Of a DNA stretch of 64,000 nt, positions 24,461-37,629 are shown piece after piece. Under the pieces are notes generated by a model, which worked only from the letters and a program-made list of their open reading frames with translations, ran no database searches and was not told where the DNA came from. Position 1 is the first letter of the stretch, and every line of letters starts with the position of its first letter. The translations under genes and the position numbers were made by a program. The stretch is from Botryllus schlosseri. Lineage: Eukaryota. Location of the stretch: assembly GCA_051294905.1 (NCBI GenBank), contig CM119371.1, forward strand, positions 10,418,001 to 10,482,000, in the 5' to 3' direction.

Positions 24461-27400
24461 TTTCAACCATCTCTCGCGCGGTGTTGAATAGTCACCAACA
24501 ATAACCGCACAAACGGAAACGTGGCTTGTTGTGAGGATTAAGCAGTGCGACCTATATTCCGAATGACCTGCGCGGGGAAACTCGTGTTGGCATGCGGCTC
24601 TTATGTCTTATGGGTGCGTTGGCATGCGGCTAGCGTTATTCTTATGGACGCGGCGGTGATTCGTACTTTCGGGTATAGACTGCGGGTGGCATGTCGTACT
24701 TTTAGCAAAAAACGGTGTGGAATAGTTTACAAAATCTTAGAATCACTCGCAGAATTATATTTTGGTAATTATTTTGTCACAGAGCCGGCGTAGACGGCGA
24801 TTCCAATACCAACAATAACCGTGCACACAAACTAACACTTCAAAAAGGGTGTGAAATATTTGTAAAATGCTACGATCACTCACAAGATAATGTCCCAGAC
24901 ATAACCATCATTCGTGACTTGATGTTACATACATACCAATCGCTCACAAGGTAATATTTTGATAGTTTGGTACGGAACTTGATTTCACTCGTAAGATTTA
25001 TTAAGTAACGAATAACAGACCACCAGTGTCGGTAACTTGAATAGCGACAAATTGTCACTTATTTCCGCTCTAACCCTAATCCTTTGTGAAGTGAACGCTT
25101 ATTCAAAAGGGTGTGATATAATTTTAAAATCCAACGACTACTCACCGGATAATGCTTCAGACATATAGCAATCCCTCATACCCGCTCACAAGGTAATATT
25201 TCGGTAATAAGTTTGTCACAGAACCGTCGCAGGCGGTGATTCGAAAACCAACAATTTGTCACTCGCCCGCGATCGCTATATGTTTCACGCCTCCAGAATA
25301 GTGGCTGACTTTAGTTGCGTGATAAGATCCATGAAAATATTCAATCAATGTGTTAGTTTATCAACTTGAAATGAAACTCACTACACAAATCAAGTCGATT
25401 CGTATCTGAATGTTTTAAATCGGTACAACTCTAATCCTTTGACAAATCCCTTAACGCGTTTTTGTTGAATCGAACGTAACCCGAATATATTATTCGCACA
25501 TTCCGCGCCACTGTTTTCACACTTATAGAATCAATACCAACTATAACTCTACAAGAATCAAGAATCACAAGTATGTGCATTACACAGTTATTGTCTTTAT
25601 TAACTTGAAATCAAACACTTAACAAAAACACGCAACTAATCATTTGGCAACTCTAGCATTACCAAAAAATTCCAGTATTGTTGATTGAAAATCCTTGAGT
25701 CATTATCATCAAAAATGTTATAGTACCGCATCGGAATCCATTCGCGGGATGTACTAAAAGTAAATCCAGATAATCCAAAATGAAATATTTGGACTTTGAC
25801 AAACATGACTACTAACTTTGATCCAGTCACATTTCAAGATTATACTTTGAAACAATCCTTGAAACTTACAACTCTATTCACGACTGAGTTTTCCGTTTAT
25901 CAAATAGAGTTTCAGTAAATACTATCGCGATATTTTAATGTGTTACTACACACAATAGAATCATTCAATGAAATAGCACCTGTTGTAAATATTTCTAACT
26001 TGACAACCACTTGTGCATACCGCGATCGACTTGTGACGCGATGAGTTAAATCGGAATATTTCAATCTATTTGTCGAAACCTTGAACAAGCTATCGGGTTA
26101 TTTTTTGTTGCAATCGAGTGAACGGAAATAGTATTACGTCTCAACATTTTAACATCTTCCCATACACAAAAGAGTAAAATACAAAAAAAACCTTGTCAAG
26201 TCAATCGGTTTGTAACTTACCCAACCAAAGCAAAAAGTATCCTTATGAAAAGTAGACAAGACTACGCGAGTAATCACCACAATCCAAAATCCATAGCAAG
26301 TTCGGTTGTATTCATAGTCCACCAACTCGTATTTTTATTCAACTGTAAAAGTCGTTACTATTCCGCAAGACAAAGAAATTACTATGTGGTATATTTTGTA
26401 AGACAAAAGTAATTACTTCTCGGTGTCGGCGACTTGAGATTAACATATGTTTTGAGTATATGATATTTGAATGTCTGACCAACGTAGTTAAGAATTCATT
26501 TTATACTATCGAACACCGGTATTACATTGAAAGTTATCATGATGTAAACATAAGGATTGACACATGGATTTGACATATGTAATAGTTGATCATGACTTGA
26601 TTATTAAATTATTCGCGTTAATTAGACCCGGTGTTGCGGTAAGGGTTATTATGACAGCAACAAACTTTTCACCACCGTGGTTATTAACATATTGATTTGT
26701 AAAACTATACTTGTCTGAAATGTTCTTGGTTTGAAAGATATTCCGTGTTGGTACAAATCACTCTGTGTATTACGGATATCAGAAAATATTTTTACAAATG
26801 TAGTTGTTTCCAGTAACCAAGACTAAAGATGACACAACAATTTCGTTTGGAATATCTTTACTGGACGCATCCTATTCTACTAGACTTGAGTAATACACAA
26901 AACTCATAGCATTAACAAAATCACAATAGGCGCTACACTGAAATCTACAAAATGTGTTTGTATTGTTAATCAAAGTAGTGATCATAAATTATCATTTAAA
27001 TAAGTAATTGTAATCATAAAACCAAACTTGTGAAAGTCATTACCATAACAAAAGAATATTGTAGGTTGCTTGCTAAATGTATGCCGGAAATATTTGTAGA
27101 ACGCTCACGACCAAAGAAATCGGAAATTTCTCCCCATTGTCATTCGTCAAAGTATATGTTGTCACAATACTCAACCCGTAAAAGATCTTACTTGTATGTG
27201 ATTGAATCGCCGGTAATTAACTCACTAAATCAAACCATAAGGAAATTTCACTCAGTCATCGGATTATGATATTAAACAGCGTCGCTTAATCGGTGTAGAG
27301 CGTTTTTCTAAATGCAAATCATACCTGACCGACAGAAAACAATTTTCACTCACCTTGTAATGAAACCAAGTGGTGGGCCTTCGTTCAATATTTTGTTTGT

Positions 27401-28904
27401 GTCAAATACTTTGCAATAAACACACACACTGGAGTGGTTGAGCTTTACATCATCAAGCTGTCATCTGTAAATCGAGATCACATCCGACTTGTAACTGCAT
27501 CGTTTACCTAACCGAGTTGTATGCACATTGCACAGTTTCATATTTTTATCATTTAGTGATTGCTGAACATACCAAACGATACACATTCACTTCCGAAATA
27601 CTGCGTTGATCTCAATTCCCTTTATCGTGATAACCGAAGTACATTTGTTTCGAATTCGTAACAGCCGACTTTTCTATGACACGATAAATTTTGACAAGTT
27701 ATGCTTAGAAGATTGGTTGCATATCACGAAAAATAACATACTGCTCATATTGATACTGTTAATCGGTATTTTCACGCGAGTCGATTTTCAAATGAGTAAA
27801 ATTTATTACATGAGTTTCTCCGCTTAATGTAAATGAAAACTCAGTCGTCTTTTAACATCACAAAGACATTGATAAAAAGTAAGCAATCAAACACAACACT
27901 TTGTACGACACTAATTATTGTTCCACACATCTCATTTCATACTAAGTGTATACGAAAGATATTCATGTTACACGAAAGTATCCGCTCATGCTACAAACCT
28001 GTACAATGATTGGTGGTGTAAGTCCAGCACAATTGTGGTATCCATACGAGTTTAGTTAACACAATTTACGACACCGAGGTCGCCTCATCCTTCGTAAGAC
28101 AACAAACCAAGGCTTCAGGATATGTCCATGGCATAACAATAAATCAGCTACTCCAACAACAGAGTACATATGTTTTCTAGCACGGTGCTTACATCTTACA
28201 CACAAATCAACCTACTTTGCTAACGAAAAGTGCTGAGTCATCACATGGTTGTCCTCACAACAATACAACACATGGTTGTCCTCACAACAATACAACTAAA
28301 ACATACTATCATACAAAATGGCCGTTATAGTTTGCACACCAACGATACATCGTACAAGTAGCAAGTCTCGAGAATCCAGTTATTCAAAAAAACGTGAAAG
28401 TGTTTCTACGCCAAGTCGGTATGTTGACGAAAGCATATATTGTAATATCATGATCGATTTACATTCGTTGGTCACAAAATGTCACTACTCTAAAAAATTA
28501 TTTTTCACTCAAAGTCTACTTGTCACCATTCGTTTCATCAAGCACGAGTTCAAGAAACCTGCTACGGCATGAATTGTTATTTTTATGTTGTGTAAATAGG
28601 TAATAATTAATTTTAGTAACACTATATCAACATCATCGAGTTGCGCGAATAGATTTACATGTGGTCTTGTGGTTTTAATCGAAGTATACAGCACGGTCTA
28701 ATGTAGAGTCATCTCTACTGTACAGCAACTCGGTAATCGAAATGTATTAAAATTTAAACAACGATCTTGTTTCGTCGCACCAAAAATATGTTTACTATCG
28801 CGATACTCTGCACAGGCCGTGTAAATCCTTTTCACACTCGTAATAGTATGCCAACAGCTACCGGCGACAACGTTTAACAATACCAACGACACTAAACATA
28901 CGAT

Positions 28905-29480
28905 ACCTACCCAAGTAAAATTACCATTTTCACCAGGAGGTCGGTCGTTACCCGAGTAGAAATACCATCGTCCTTTGAAGATTTATCGTTTACCCAGTGT
29001 AACAAACCCCTTTTCCTTTGGAAATCTATTTTTTCTCTGGGTAACAAACCTTTTTCACTTGGAAATATATTTTTTCTCTGGTTAACAAACCTTTTTCACT
29101 TGGAAATATATTTTTTCTCTGGGTAACAAACCTTTTTCACTTGGAAATATATTTTTTCTCTGGGTAACAAACCTTTTTCACTTGGAAAGATATTTTTTCC
29201 CCGGGTAACAAACCTTTTTCCCTGAGCAACAAACCATTTTCACTTGGTGGTCCGTCGTTTACCCGAGTAAAAATATCCTTTTCTTTTGGAGATCCGGCGT
29301 TTACCCAGTGTAACAATACATTTTCACTTGGAAAAATACTTTTACCTAGAGTAACTAATCATTTTCTCCTGGGTAACAAACCCTTTTCGTCTGGAAACTA
29401 TCATTTACCTGAGTACCAATACAGTTTTCACTTGGAAATCTACCTTCTCCCTGGGTAACAATATCATTTTCGTTTTGAAA
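28905..29480 (+). repeat. 41/42-bp minisatellite (mirrored at ~31890-32420)
   Basis: Unit CTCTGGGTAACAAACCTTTTTCACTTGGAAATATATTTTTT; left arm has one more unit than the right. Confidence 0.9.
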
Positions 29481-31173
29481 ACTGACAACCACACCGGCCA
29501 ATTTGATAGTTTTGTATATTGTTACAACGGGCAGTGACAAAATATACACCAACAACGACTCCGATACATTTGTCTAATCAAATATTCACTTGCTCTGATG
29601 CATCCCATCAAAATCATTGGTTACTCACATACAATAACAATGAGCTGTTGTACATCGACATGTATGTTTTCGAATTGGCGAATAAAGGGGTTTCCGATAT
29701 GTTCGTGATGTCCGGTTTCGTGCTTTGGATTTTCCAGAGTCAAAATGTCTGAATAAAACACCTCCTCGACTTTGGTAGCTGGTTGATACACGGATAATGA
29801 ATTTATGTTCCCAATCGCGCTAACAACTCCGGATTACTTGTGAGTTTCCTCAGGTCTGTTTACTATTTTGTGTCTTTACTGATCAATACATGTCGCTCCA
29901 GTCAGCTGAAACCGGATCACTAATATGAGAAAGTGTGTGGGGGCCTGATCCGGATATTCACTCATGAACCAACGACCAATATTCAAGTAAACATGCTACA
30001 GACCGTGTTTTGTCTCCATGAAAAATACCAATGCATACACCATCACATACAAGTAACGTCACGATTGTTCACAAGTATTCGCGTAAACGAGGTATACATA
30101 CAATGTGTCGGTGTACAAACATCATGGTAAACAAATTCAAGTTCTCAAGTCTCATCATGCGACGACTCTGTACATTCAATGTGGGCATAGATGACTTGGA
30201 GACAGGCAAGCAGCCATATTTGGACGTAACACGGTCTTAGTTTGAACCGACCTCCACCCAACTTGTGAAAAATCAATCTCACACGAGTACAACGCTTTCA
30301 CGGATTCACACCTTGATTTTGTAAGATTGTTCGGATTCTCAGGTAGACTTGTATCGTGATACAGACTTCGACATAATCGGGTTGCGTAACTCGCTCAATC
30401 CCACCACGTATTGTTCGTCCTAACCTGCGAACTTTTTTGCTGAGACCACAGTGTTTCACCCGGCGTAATGTATTTGGCGATCACCATCGTTATCAATCTT
30501 TCACGCGATGAATATGTCAGATGTCGCTACTCCCACATAACGACTACAGATAAAAATCGTGAGCAGTGACTCCGGATTGAAATCGTAAACAGGGACTCTG
30601 TGCGTGTGTGTGAATCTCGAGTTCGATTACGATTAGATAATGTAATCCAAGGTGTGTCTCTGCGAGTTGAAGGCTTATTTCATGTTAATCACACCGCAAG
30701 AGGGTGCTATCTCGTAATTCTACAGGTCGTTATAAAACACGATTGGAAACTTTTGGTCTAGTCGATCCAGCTACGTATTGAAACGGTGCACCCACACAGA
30801 CCATTGAGAAAACATCGTCGTAACCTAACCATATCCACGAGTAAATATGGGACTACGCGTAACTGTCCATAGATTCCTCTGGCCCCACGCCGTGGTTTTA
30901 CGTCACAGACAAAATGCGGCAGTGGAAATATTAAAAATGAAAAACGATACCTTGGTGACATTTGATTTGGATTTTACACCTGATGAACCATACACTCGAT
31001 TGGTACATTGGGAGGAAAACTCTATCGTCAAGGTTGAGGGAAAAGAAATGTACAGATTTGTTGTTGTTGTGGATATTCAGCGAAAATCAGGGTATATGAT
31101 TGTGTATGGTTCGCATATTTGACTGAGAATATATCAACATGCATGTTGCGCTGTCAATTGTATCATGCCGTGT

Positions 31174-34100
31174 GTCATCTATGCCCACATTGAATGTACA
31201 GAGTCGTCGCATGATGAGACTTGAGAACTTGAATTTGTTTACCATGATGTTTGTACACCGACACATTGTATGTATACCTCGTTTACGCGAATACTTGTGA
31301 ACAATCGTGACGTTACTTGTATGTGATGGTGTATGCATTGGTATTTTTCATGGAGACAAAACACGGTCTGTAGCATGTTTACTTGAATATTGGTCGTTGG
31401 TTCATGAGTGAATATCCGGATCAGGCCCCCACACACTTTCTCATATTAGTGATCCGGTTTCAGCTGACTGGAGCGACATGTATTGATCAGTAAAGACACA
31501 AAATAGTAAACAGACCTGAGGAAACTCACAAGTAACCCGGAGTTGTTAGCGCGATTGGGAACATAAATTCATTATCCGTGTATCAACCAGCTACCAAAGT
31601 CGAGGAGGTGTTTTATTCAGACATTTTGACTCTGGAAAATCCAAAGCACGAAACCGGACATCACGAACATATCGGAAACCCCTTTATTCGCCAATTCGAA
31701 AACATACATGTCGATGTACAACAGCTCATTGTTATTGTATGTGAGTAACCAATGATTTTGATGGGATGCATCAGAGCAAGTGAATATTTGATTAGACAAA
31801 TGTATCGGAGTCGTTGTTGGTGTATATTTTGTCACTGCCCGTTGTAACAATATACAAAACTATCAAATTGGCCGGTGTGGTTGTCAGTTTTCAAAACGAA
31901 AATGATATTGTTACCCAGGGAGAAGGTAGATTTCCAAGTGAAAACTGTATTGGTACTCAGGTAAATGATAGTTTCCAGACGAAAAGGGTTTGTTACCCAG
32001 GAGAAAATGATTAGTTACTCTAGGTAAAAGTATTTTTCCAAGTGAAAATGTATTGTTACACTGGGTAAACGCCGGATCTCCAAAAGAAAAGGATATTTTT
32101 ACTCGGGTAAACGACGGACCACCAAGTGAAAATGGTTTGTTGCTCAGGGAAAAAGGTTTGTTACCCGGGGAAAAAATATCTTTCCAAGTGAAAAAGGTTT
32201 GTTACCCAGAGAAAAAATATATTTCCAAGTGAAAAAGGTTTGTTACCCAGAGAAAAAATATATTTCCAAGTGAAAAAGGTTTGTTACCCAGAGAAAAAAT
32301 AGATTTCCAAAGGAAAAGGGGTTTGTTACACTGGGTAAACGATAAATCTTCAAAGGACGATGGTATTTCTACTCGGGTAACGACCGACCTCCAGGTGAAA
32401 ATGGTAATTTTACTTGGGTAGGTATCGTATGTTTAGTGTCGTTGGTATTGTTAAACGTTGTCGCCGGTAGCTGTTGGCATACTATTACGAGTGTGAAAAG
32501 GATTTACACGGCCTGTGCAGAGTATCGCGATAGTAAACATATTTTTGGTGCGACGAAACAAGATCGTTGTTTAAATTTTAATACATTTCGATTACCGAGT
32601 TGCTGTACAGTAGAGATGACTCTACATTAGACCGTGCTGTATACTTCGATTAAAACCACAAGACCACATGTAAATCTATTCGCGCAACTCGATGATGTTG
32701 ATATAGTGTTACTAAAATTAATTATTACCTATTTACACAACATAAAAATAACAATTCATGCCGTAGCAGGTTTCTTGAACTCGTGCTTGATGAAACGAAT
32801 GGTGACAAGTAGACTTTGAGTGAAAAATAATTTTTTAGAGTAGTGACATTTTGTGACCAACGAATGTAAATCGATCATGATATTACAATATATGCTTTCG
32901 TCAACATACCGACTTGGCGTAGAAACACTTTCACGTTTTTTTGAATAACTGGATTCTCGAGACTTGCTACTTGTACGATGTATCGTTGGTGTGCAAACTA
33001 TAACGGCCATTTTGTATGATAGTATGTTTTAGTTGTATTGTTGTGAGGACAACCATGTGTTGTATTGTTGTGAGGACAACCATGTGATGACTCAGCACTT
33101 TTCGTTAGCAAAGTAGGTTGATTTGTGTGTAAGATGTAAGCACCGTGCTAGAAAACATATGTACTCTGTTGTTGGAGTAGCTGATTTATTGTTATGCCAT
33201 GGACATATCCTGAAGCCTTGGTTTGTTGTCTTACGAAGGATGAGGCGACCTCGGTGTCGTAAATTGTGTTAACTAAACTCGTATGGATACCACAATTGTG
33301 CTGGACTTACACCACCAATCATTGTACAGGTTTGTAGCATGAGCGGATACTTTCGTGTAACATGAATATCTTTCGTATACACTTAGTATGAAATGAGATG
33401 TGTGGAACAATAATTAGTGTCGTACAAAGTGTTGTGTTTGATTGCTTACTTTTTATCAATGTCTTTGTGATGTTAAAAGACGACTGAGTTTTCATTTACA
33501 TTAAGCGGAGAAACTCATGTAATAAATTTTACTCATTTGAAAATCGACTCGCGTGAAAATACCGATTAACAGTATCAATATGAGCAGTATGTTATTTTTC
33601 GTGATATGCAACCAATCTTCTAAGCATAACTTGTCAAAATTTATCGTGTCATAGAAAAGTCGGCTGTTACGAATTCGAAACAAATGTACTTCGGTTATCA
33701 CGATAAAGGGAATTGAGATCAACGCAGTATTTCGGAAGTGAATGTGTATCGTTTGGTATGTTCAGCAATCACTAAATGATAAAAATATGAAACTGTGCAA
33801 TGTGCATACAACTCGGTTAGGTAAACGATGCAGTTACAAGTCGGATGTGATCTCGATTTACAGATGACAGCTTGATGATGTAAAGCTCAACCACTCCAGT
33901 GTGTGTGTTTATTGCAAAGTATTTGACACAAACAAAATATTGAACGAAGGCCCACCACTTGGTTTCATTACAAGGTGAGTGAAAATTGTTTTCTGTCGGT
34001 CAGGTATGATTTGCATTTAGAAAAACGCTCTACACCGATTAAGCGACGCTGTTTAATATCATAATCCGATGACTGAGTGAAATTTCCTTATGGTTTGATT

Positions 34101-37100
34101 TAGTGAGTTAATTACCGGCGATTCAATCACATACAAGTAAGATCTTTTACGGGTTGAGTATTGTGACAACATATACTTTGACGAATGACAATGGGGAGAA
34201 ATTTCCGATTTCTTTGGTCGTGAGCGTTCTACAAATATTTCCGGCATACATTTAGCAAGCAACCTACAATATTATTTTGTTATGGTAATGACTTTCACAA
34301 GTTTGGTTTTATGATTACAATTACTTATTTAAATGATAATTTATGATCACTACTTTGATTAACAATACAAACACATTTTGTAGATTTCAGTGTAGCGCCT
34401 ATTGTGATTTTGTTAATGCTATGAGTTTTGTGTATTACTCAAGTCTAGTAGAATAGGATGCGTCCAGTAAAGATATTCCAAACGAAATTGTTGTGTCATC
34501 TTTAGTCTTGGTTACTGGAAACAACTACATTTGTAAAAATATTTTCTGATATCCGTAATACACAGAGTGATTTGTACCAACACGGAATATCTTTCAAACC
34601 AAGAACATTTCAGACAAGTATAGTTTTACAAATCAATATGTTAATAACCACGGTGGTGAAAAGTTTGTTGCTGTCATAATAACCCTTACCGCAACACCGG
34701 GTCTAATTAACGCGAATAATTTAATAATCAAGTCATGATCAACTATTACATATGTCAAATCCATGTGTCAATCCTTATGTTTACAGCATGATAACTTTCA
34801 ATGTAATACCGGTGTTCGATAGTATAAAATGAATTCTTAACTACGTTGGTCAGACATTCAAATATCATATACTCAATACATATGTTAATCTCAAGTCGCC
34901 GACACCGAGAAGTAATTACTTTTGTCTTACAAAATATCCCACATAGTAATTTCTTTGTCTTGCGGAATAGTAACGACTTTTACAGTTGAATAAAAATACG
35001 AGTTGGTGGACTATGAATACAACCGAACTTGCTATGGATTTTGGATTGTGGTGATTACTCGCGTAGTCTTGTCTACTTTTCATAAGGATACTTTTTGCTT
35101 TGGTTGGGTAAGTTACAAACCGATTGACTTGACAAGGTTTTTTTTGTATTTTACTCTTTTGTGTATGGGAAGATGTTAAAATGTTGAGACGTAATACTAT
35201 TTCCGTTCACTCGATTGCAACAAAAAATAACCCGATAGCTTGTTCAAGGTTTCGACAAATAGATTGAAATATTCCGATTTAACTCATCGCGTCACAAGTC
35301 GATCGCGGTATGCACAAGTGGTTGTCAAGTTAGAAATATTTGCAACAGTTGCTATTTCATTGAATGATTCTATTGTGTGTAGTAACACATTAAAATATCG
35401 CGATAGTATTTACTGAAACTCTATTTGATAAACGGAAAACTCAGTCGTGAATAGAGTTGTAAGTTTCAAGGATTGTTTCAAAGTATAATCTTGAAATGTG
35501 ACTGGATCAAAGTTAGTAGTCATGTTTGTCAAAGTCCAAATATTTCATTTTGGATTATCTGGATTTACTTTTAGTACATCCCGCGAATGGATTCCGATGC
35601 GGTACTATAACATTTTTGATGATAATGACTCAAGGATTTTCAATCAACAATACTGGAATTTTTTGGTAATGCTAGAGTTGCCAAATGATTAGTTGCGTGT
35701 TTTTGTTAAGTGTTTGATTTCAAGTTAATAAAGACAATAACTGTGTAATGCACATACTTGTGATTCTTGATTCTTGTAGAGTTATAGTTGGTATTGATTC
35801 TATAAGTGTGAAAACAGTGGCGCGGAATGTGCGAATAATATATTCGGGTTACGTTCGATTCAACAAAAACGCGTTAAGGGATTTGTCAAAGGATTAGAGT
35901 TGTACCGATTTAAAACATTCAGATACGAATCGACTTGATTTGTGTAGTGAGTTTCATTTCAAGTTGATAAACTAACACATTGATTGAATATTTTCATGGA
36001 TCTTATCACGCAACTAAAGTCAGCCACTATTCTGGAGGCGTGAAACATATAGCGATCGCGGGCGAGTGACAAATTGTTGGTTTTCGAATCACCGCCTGCG
36101 ACGGTTCTGTGACAAACTTATTACCGAAATATTACCTTGTGAGCGGGTATGAGGGATTGCTATATGTCTGAAGCATTATCCGGTGAGTGGTCGTTGGATT
36201 TTAAAATTATATCACACCCTTTTGAATAAGCGTTCACTTCACAAAGGATTAGGGTTAGAGCGGAAATAAGTGACAATTTGTCGCTATTCAAGTTACCGAC
36301 ACTGGTGGTCTGTTATTCGTTACTTAATAAATCTTACGAGTGAAATCAAGTTCCGTACCAAACTATCAAAATATTACCTTGTGAGCGATTGGTATGTATG
36401 TAACATCAAGTCACGAATGATGGTTATGTCTGGGACATTATCTTGTGAGTGATCGTAGCATTTTACAAATATTTCACACCCTTTTTGAAGTGTTAGTTTG
36501 TGTGCACGGTTATTGTTGGTATTGGAATCGCCGTCTACGCCGGTTCTGTGACAAAATAATTACCAAAATATAATTATGCGAGTGATGCTTACGAATATTT
36601 CACCGCGTGAGCGATTGATATGTCTGTAACACCAAGTCGCGAAAGATGGTTATGTCCGAGACATTATCTTGTTAGCGATCGTGGGATTTTACAATTATTT
36701 CACACCTATTTGAAGTGTTAGTTTGTGTACACGGTTATTGTTGGTATTGGAATCGCCGTCTACGCCGGCTCTGTGACAAAATAATTACCAAAATATAATT
36801 CTGCGAGTGATTCTAAGATTTTGTAAACTATTCCACACCGTTTTTTGCTAAAAGTACGACATGCCACCCGCAGTCTATACCCGAAAGTACGAATCACCGC
36901 CGCGTCCATAAGAATAACGCTAGCCGCATGCCAACGCACCCATAAGACATAAGAGCCGCATGCCAACACGAGTTTCCCCGCGCAGGTCATTCGGAATATA
37001 GGTCGCACTGCTTAATCCTCACAACAAGCCACGTTTCCGTTTGTGCGGTTATTGTTGGTGACTATTCAACACCGCGCGAGAGATGGTTGAAAGTGCGAAT

Positions 37101-37629
37101 CACGACCGCACCCATAAGAACACATGGTGAATCACCACAGATCCCGTAAGAATACATGACAGACACATCACCGACGTAGCCTATACCCGAAAGGGTGCCG
37201 TCACCAGAGATACCATAAGAAACAATGGCACATCACCAGAGATCCCATAAGAACCAATCGCACATCACCAGAGACCGCGTAAGACACAATGACACATCAC
37301 CAGAGATCCCATAAGAACCATTGGCACATCACGAGCGATAGGGGGTCTGAACGGGTACCATCATCACCGCATCCATAAAAACACATGGCACCTCACCACC
37401 CCCGCCATAAGAGATAAGGGTCACCTCACCACCCCCGGTTTTCAGGCACCTCACCACCCCCGCCATAAGAGATAAGGGTCACCTCACCACCCCCGCCATA
37501 AGACACAATGGCACCTCACCACCCCCGCCATAAGAGATAAGGGTCACCTCACCACCCCCGGTTTTCAGGCACCTCACCACCCCGCCCATAAGAGACAATG
37601 GCACACCACGACCGATCATACTAACTACT
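31174..37629 (-). repeat. Right inverted arm (6456 bp)
   Basis: Mirror-coordinate sums 61369, 61328 and 61553 shift by exactly 41 and 225 bp; 6272-41+225=6456. Confidence 0.97.

Larger units (their letters stand above)
23924..30195 (+). repeat. Left inverted arm (6272 bp)
   Basis: Reverse complement of 31174-37629 except about ten substitutions and two repeat-unit indels (41 bp, 225 bp). Confidence 0.97.
23924..37629. mobile_element. Giant palindromic non-autonomous Polinton/Maverick-like element (13,706 bp)
   Basis: Termini AGTAGTTAGTATGATCGG / CCGATCATACTAACTACT; 6-bp TSD CACGCA at 23918-23923 and 37630-37635; arms 23924-30195 and 31174-37629 are reverse complements (mirrored ORF pairs in the track); no intact core genes. 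Confidence 0.8.

Noticed and set aside
25880..27848. 14-bp inverted repeat ACGACTGAGTTTTC / GAAAACTCAGTCGT inside each arm as a nested transposon
   Set aside because: No TSD is seen, and one 14-bp match within 6 kb of AT-rich DNA can arise by chance.
23924..37629. Palindrome as a foldback or chimeric-read assembly artefact
   Set aside because: A perfect TSD exactly at the symmetry ends, transposon-type termini, a unique spacer and structured arm differences all argue for a real element. Read-level confirmation is still needed.
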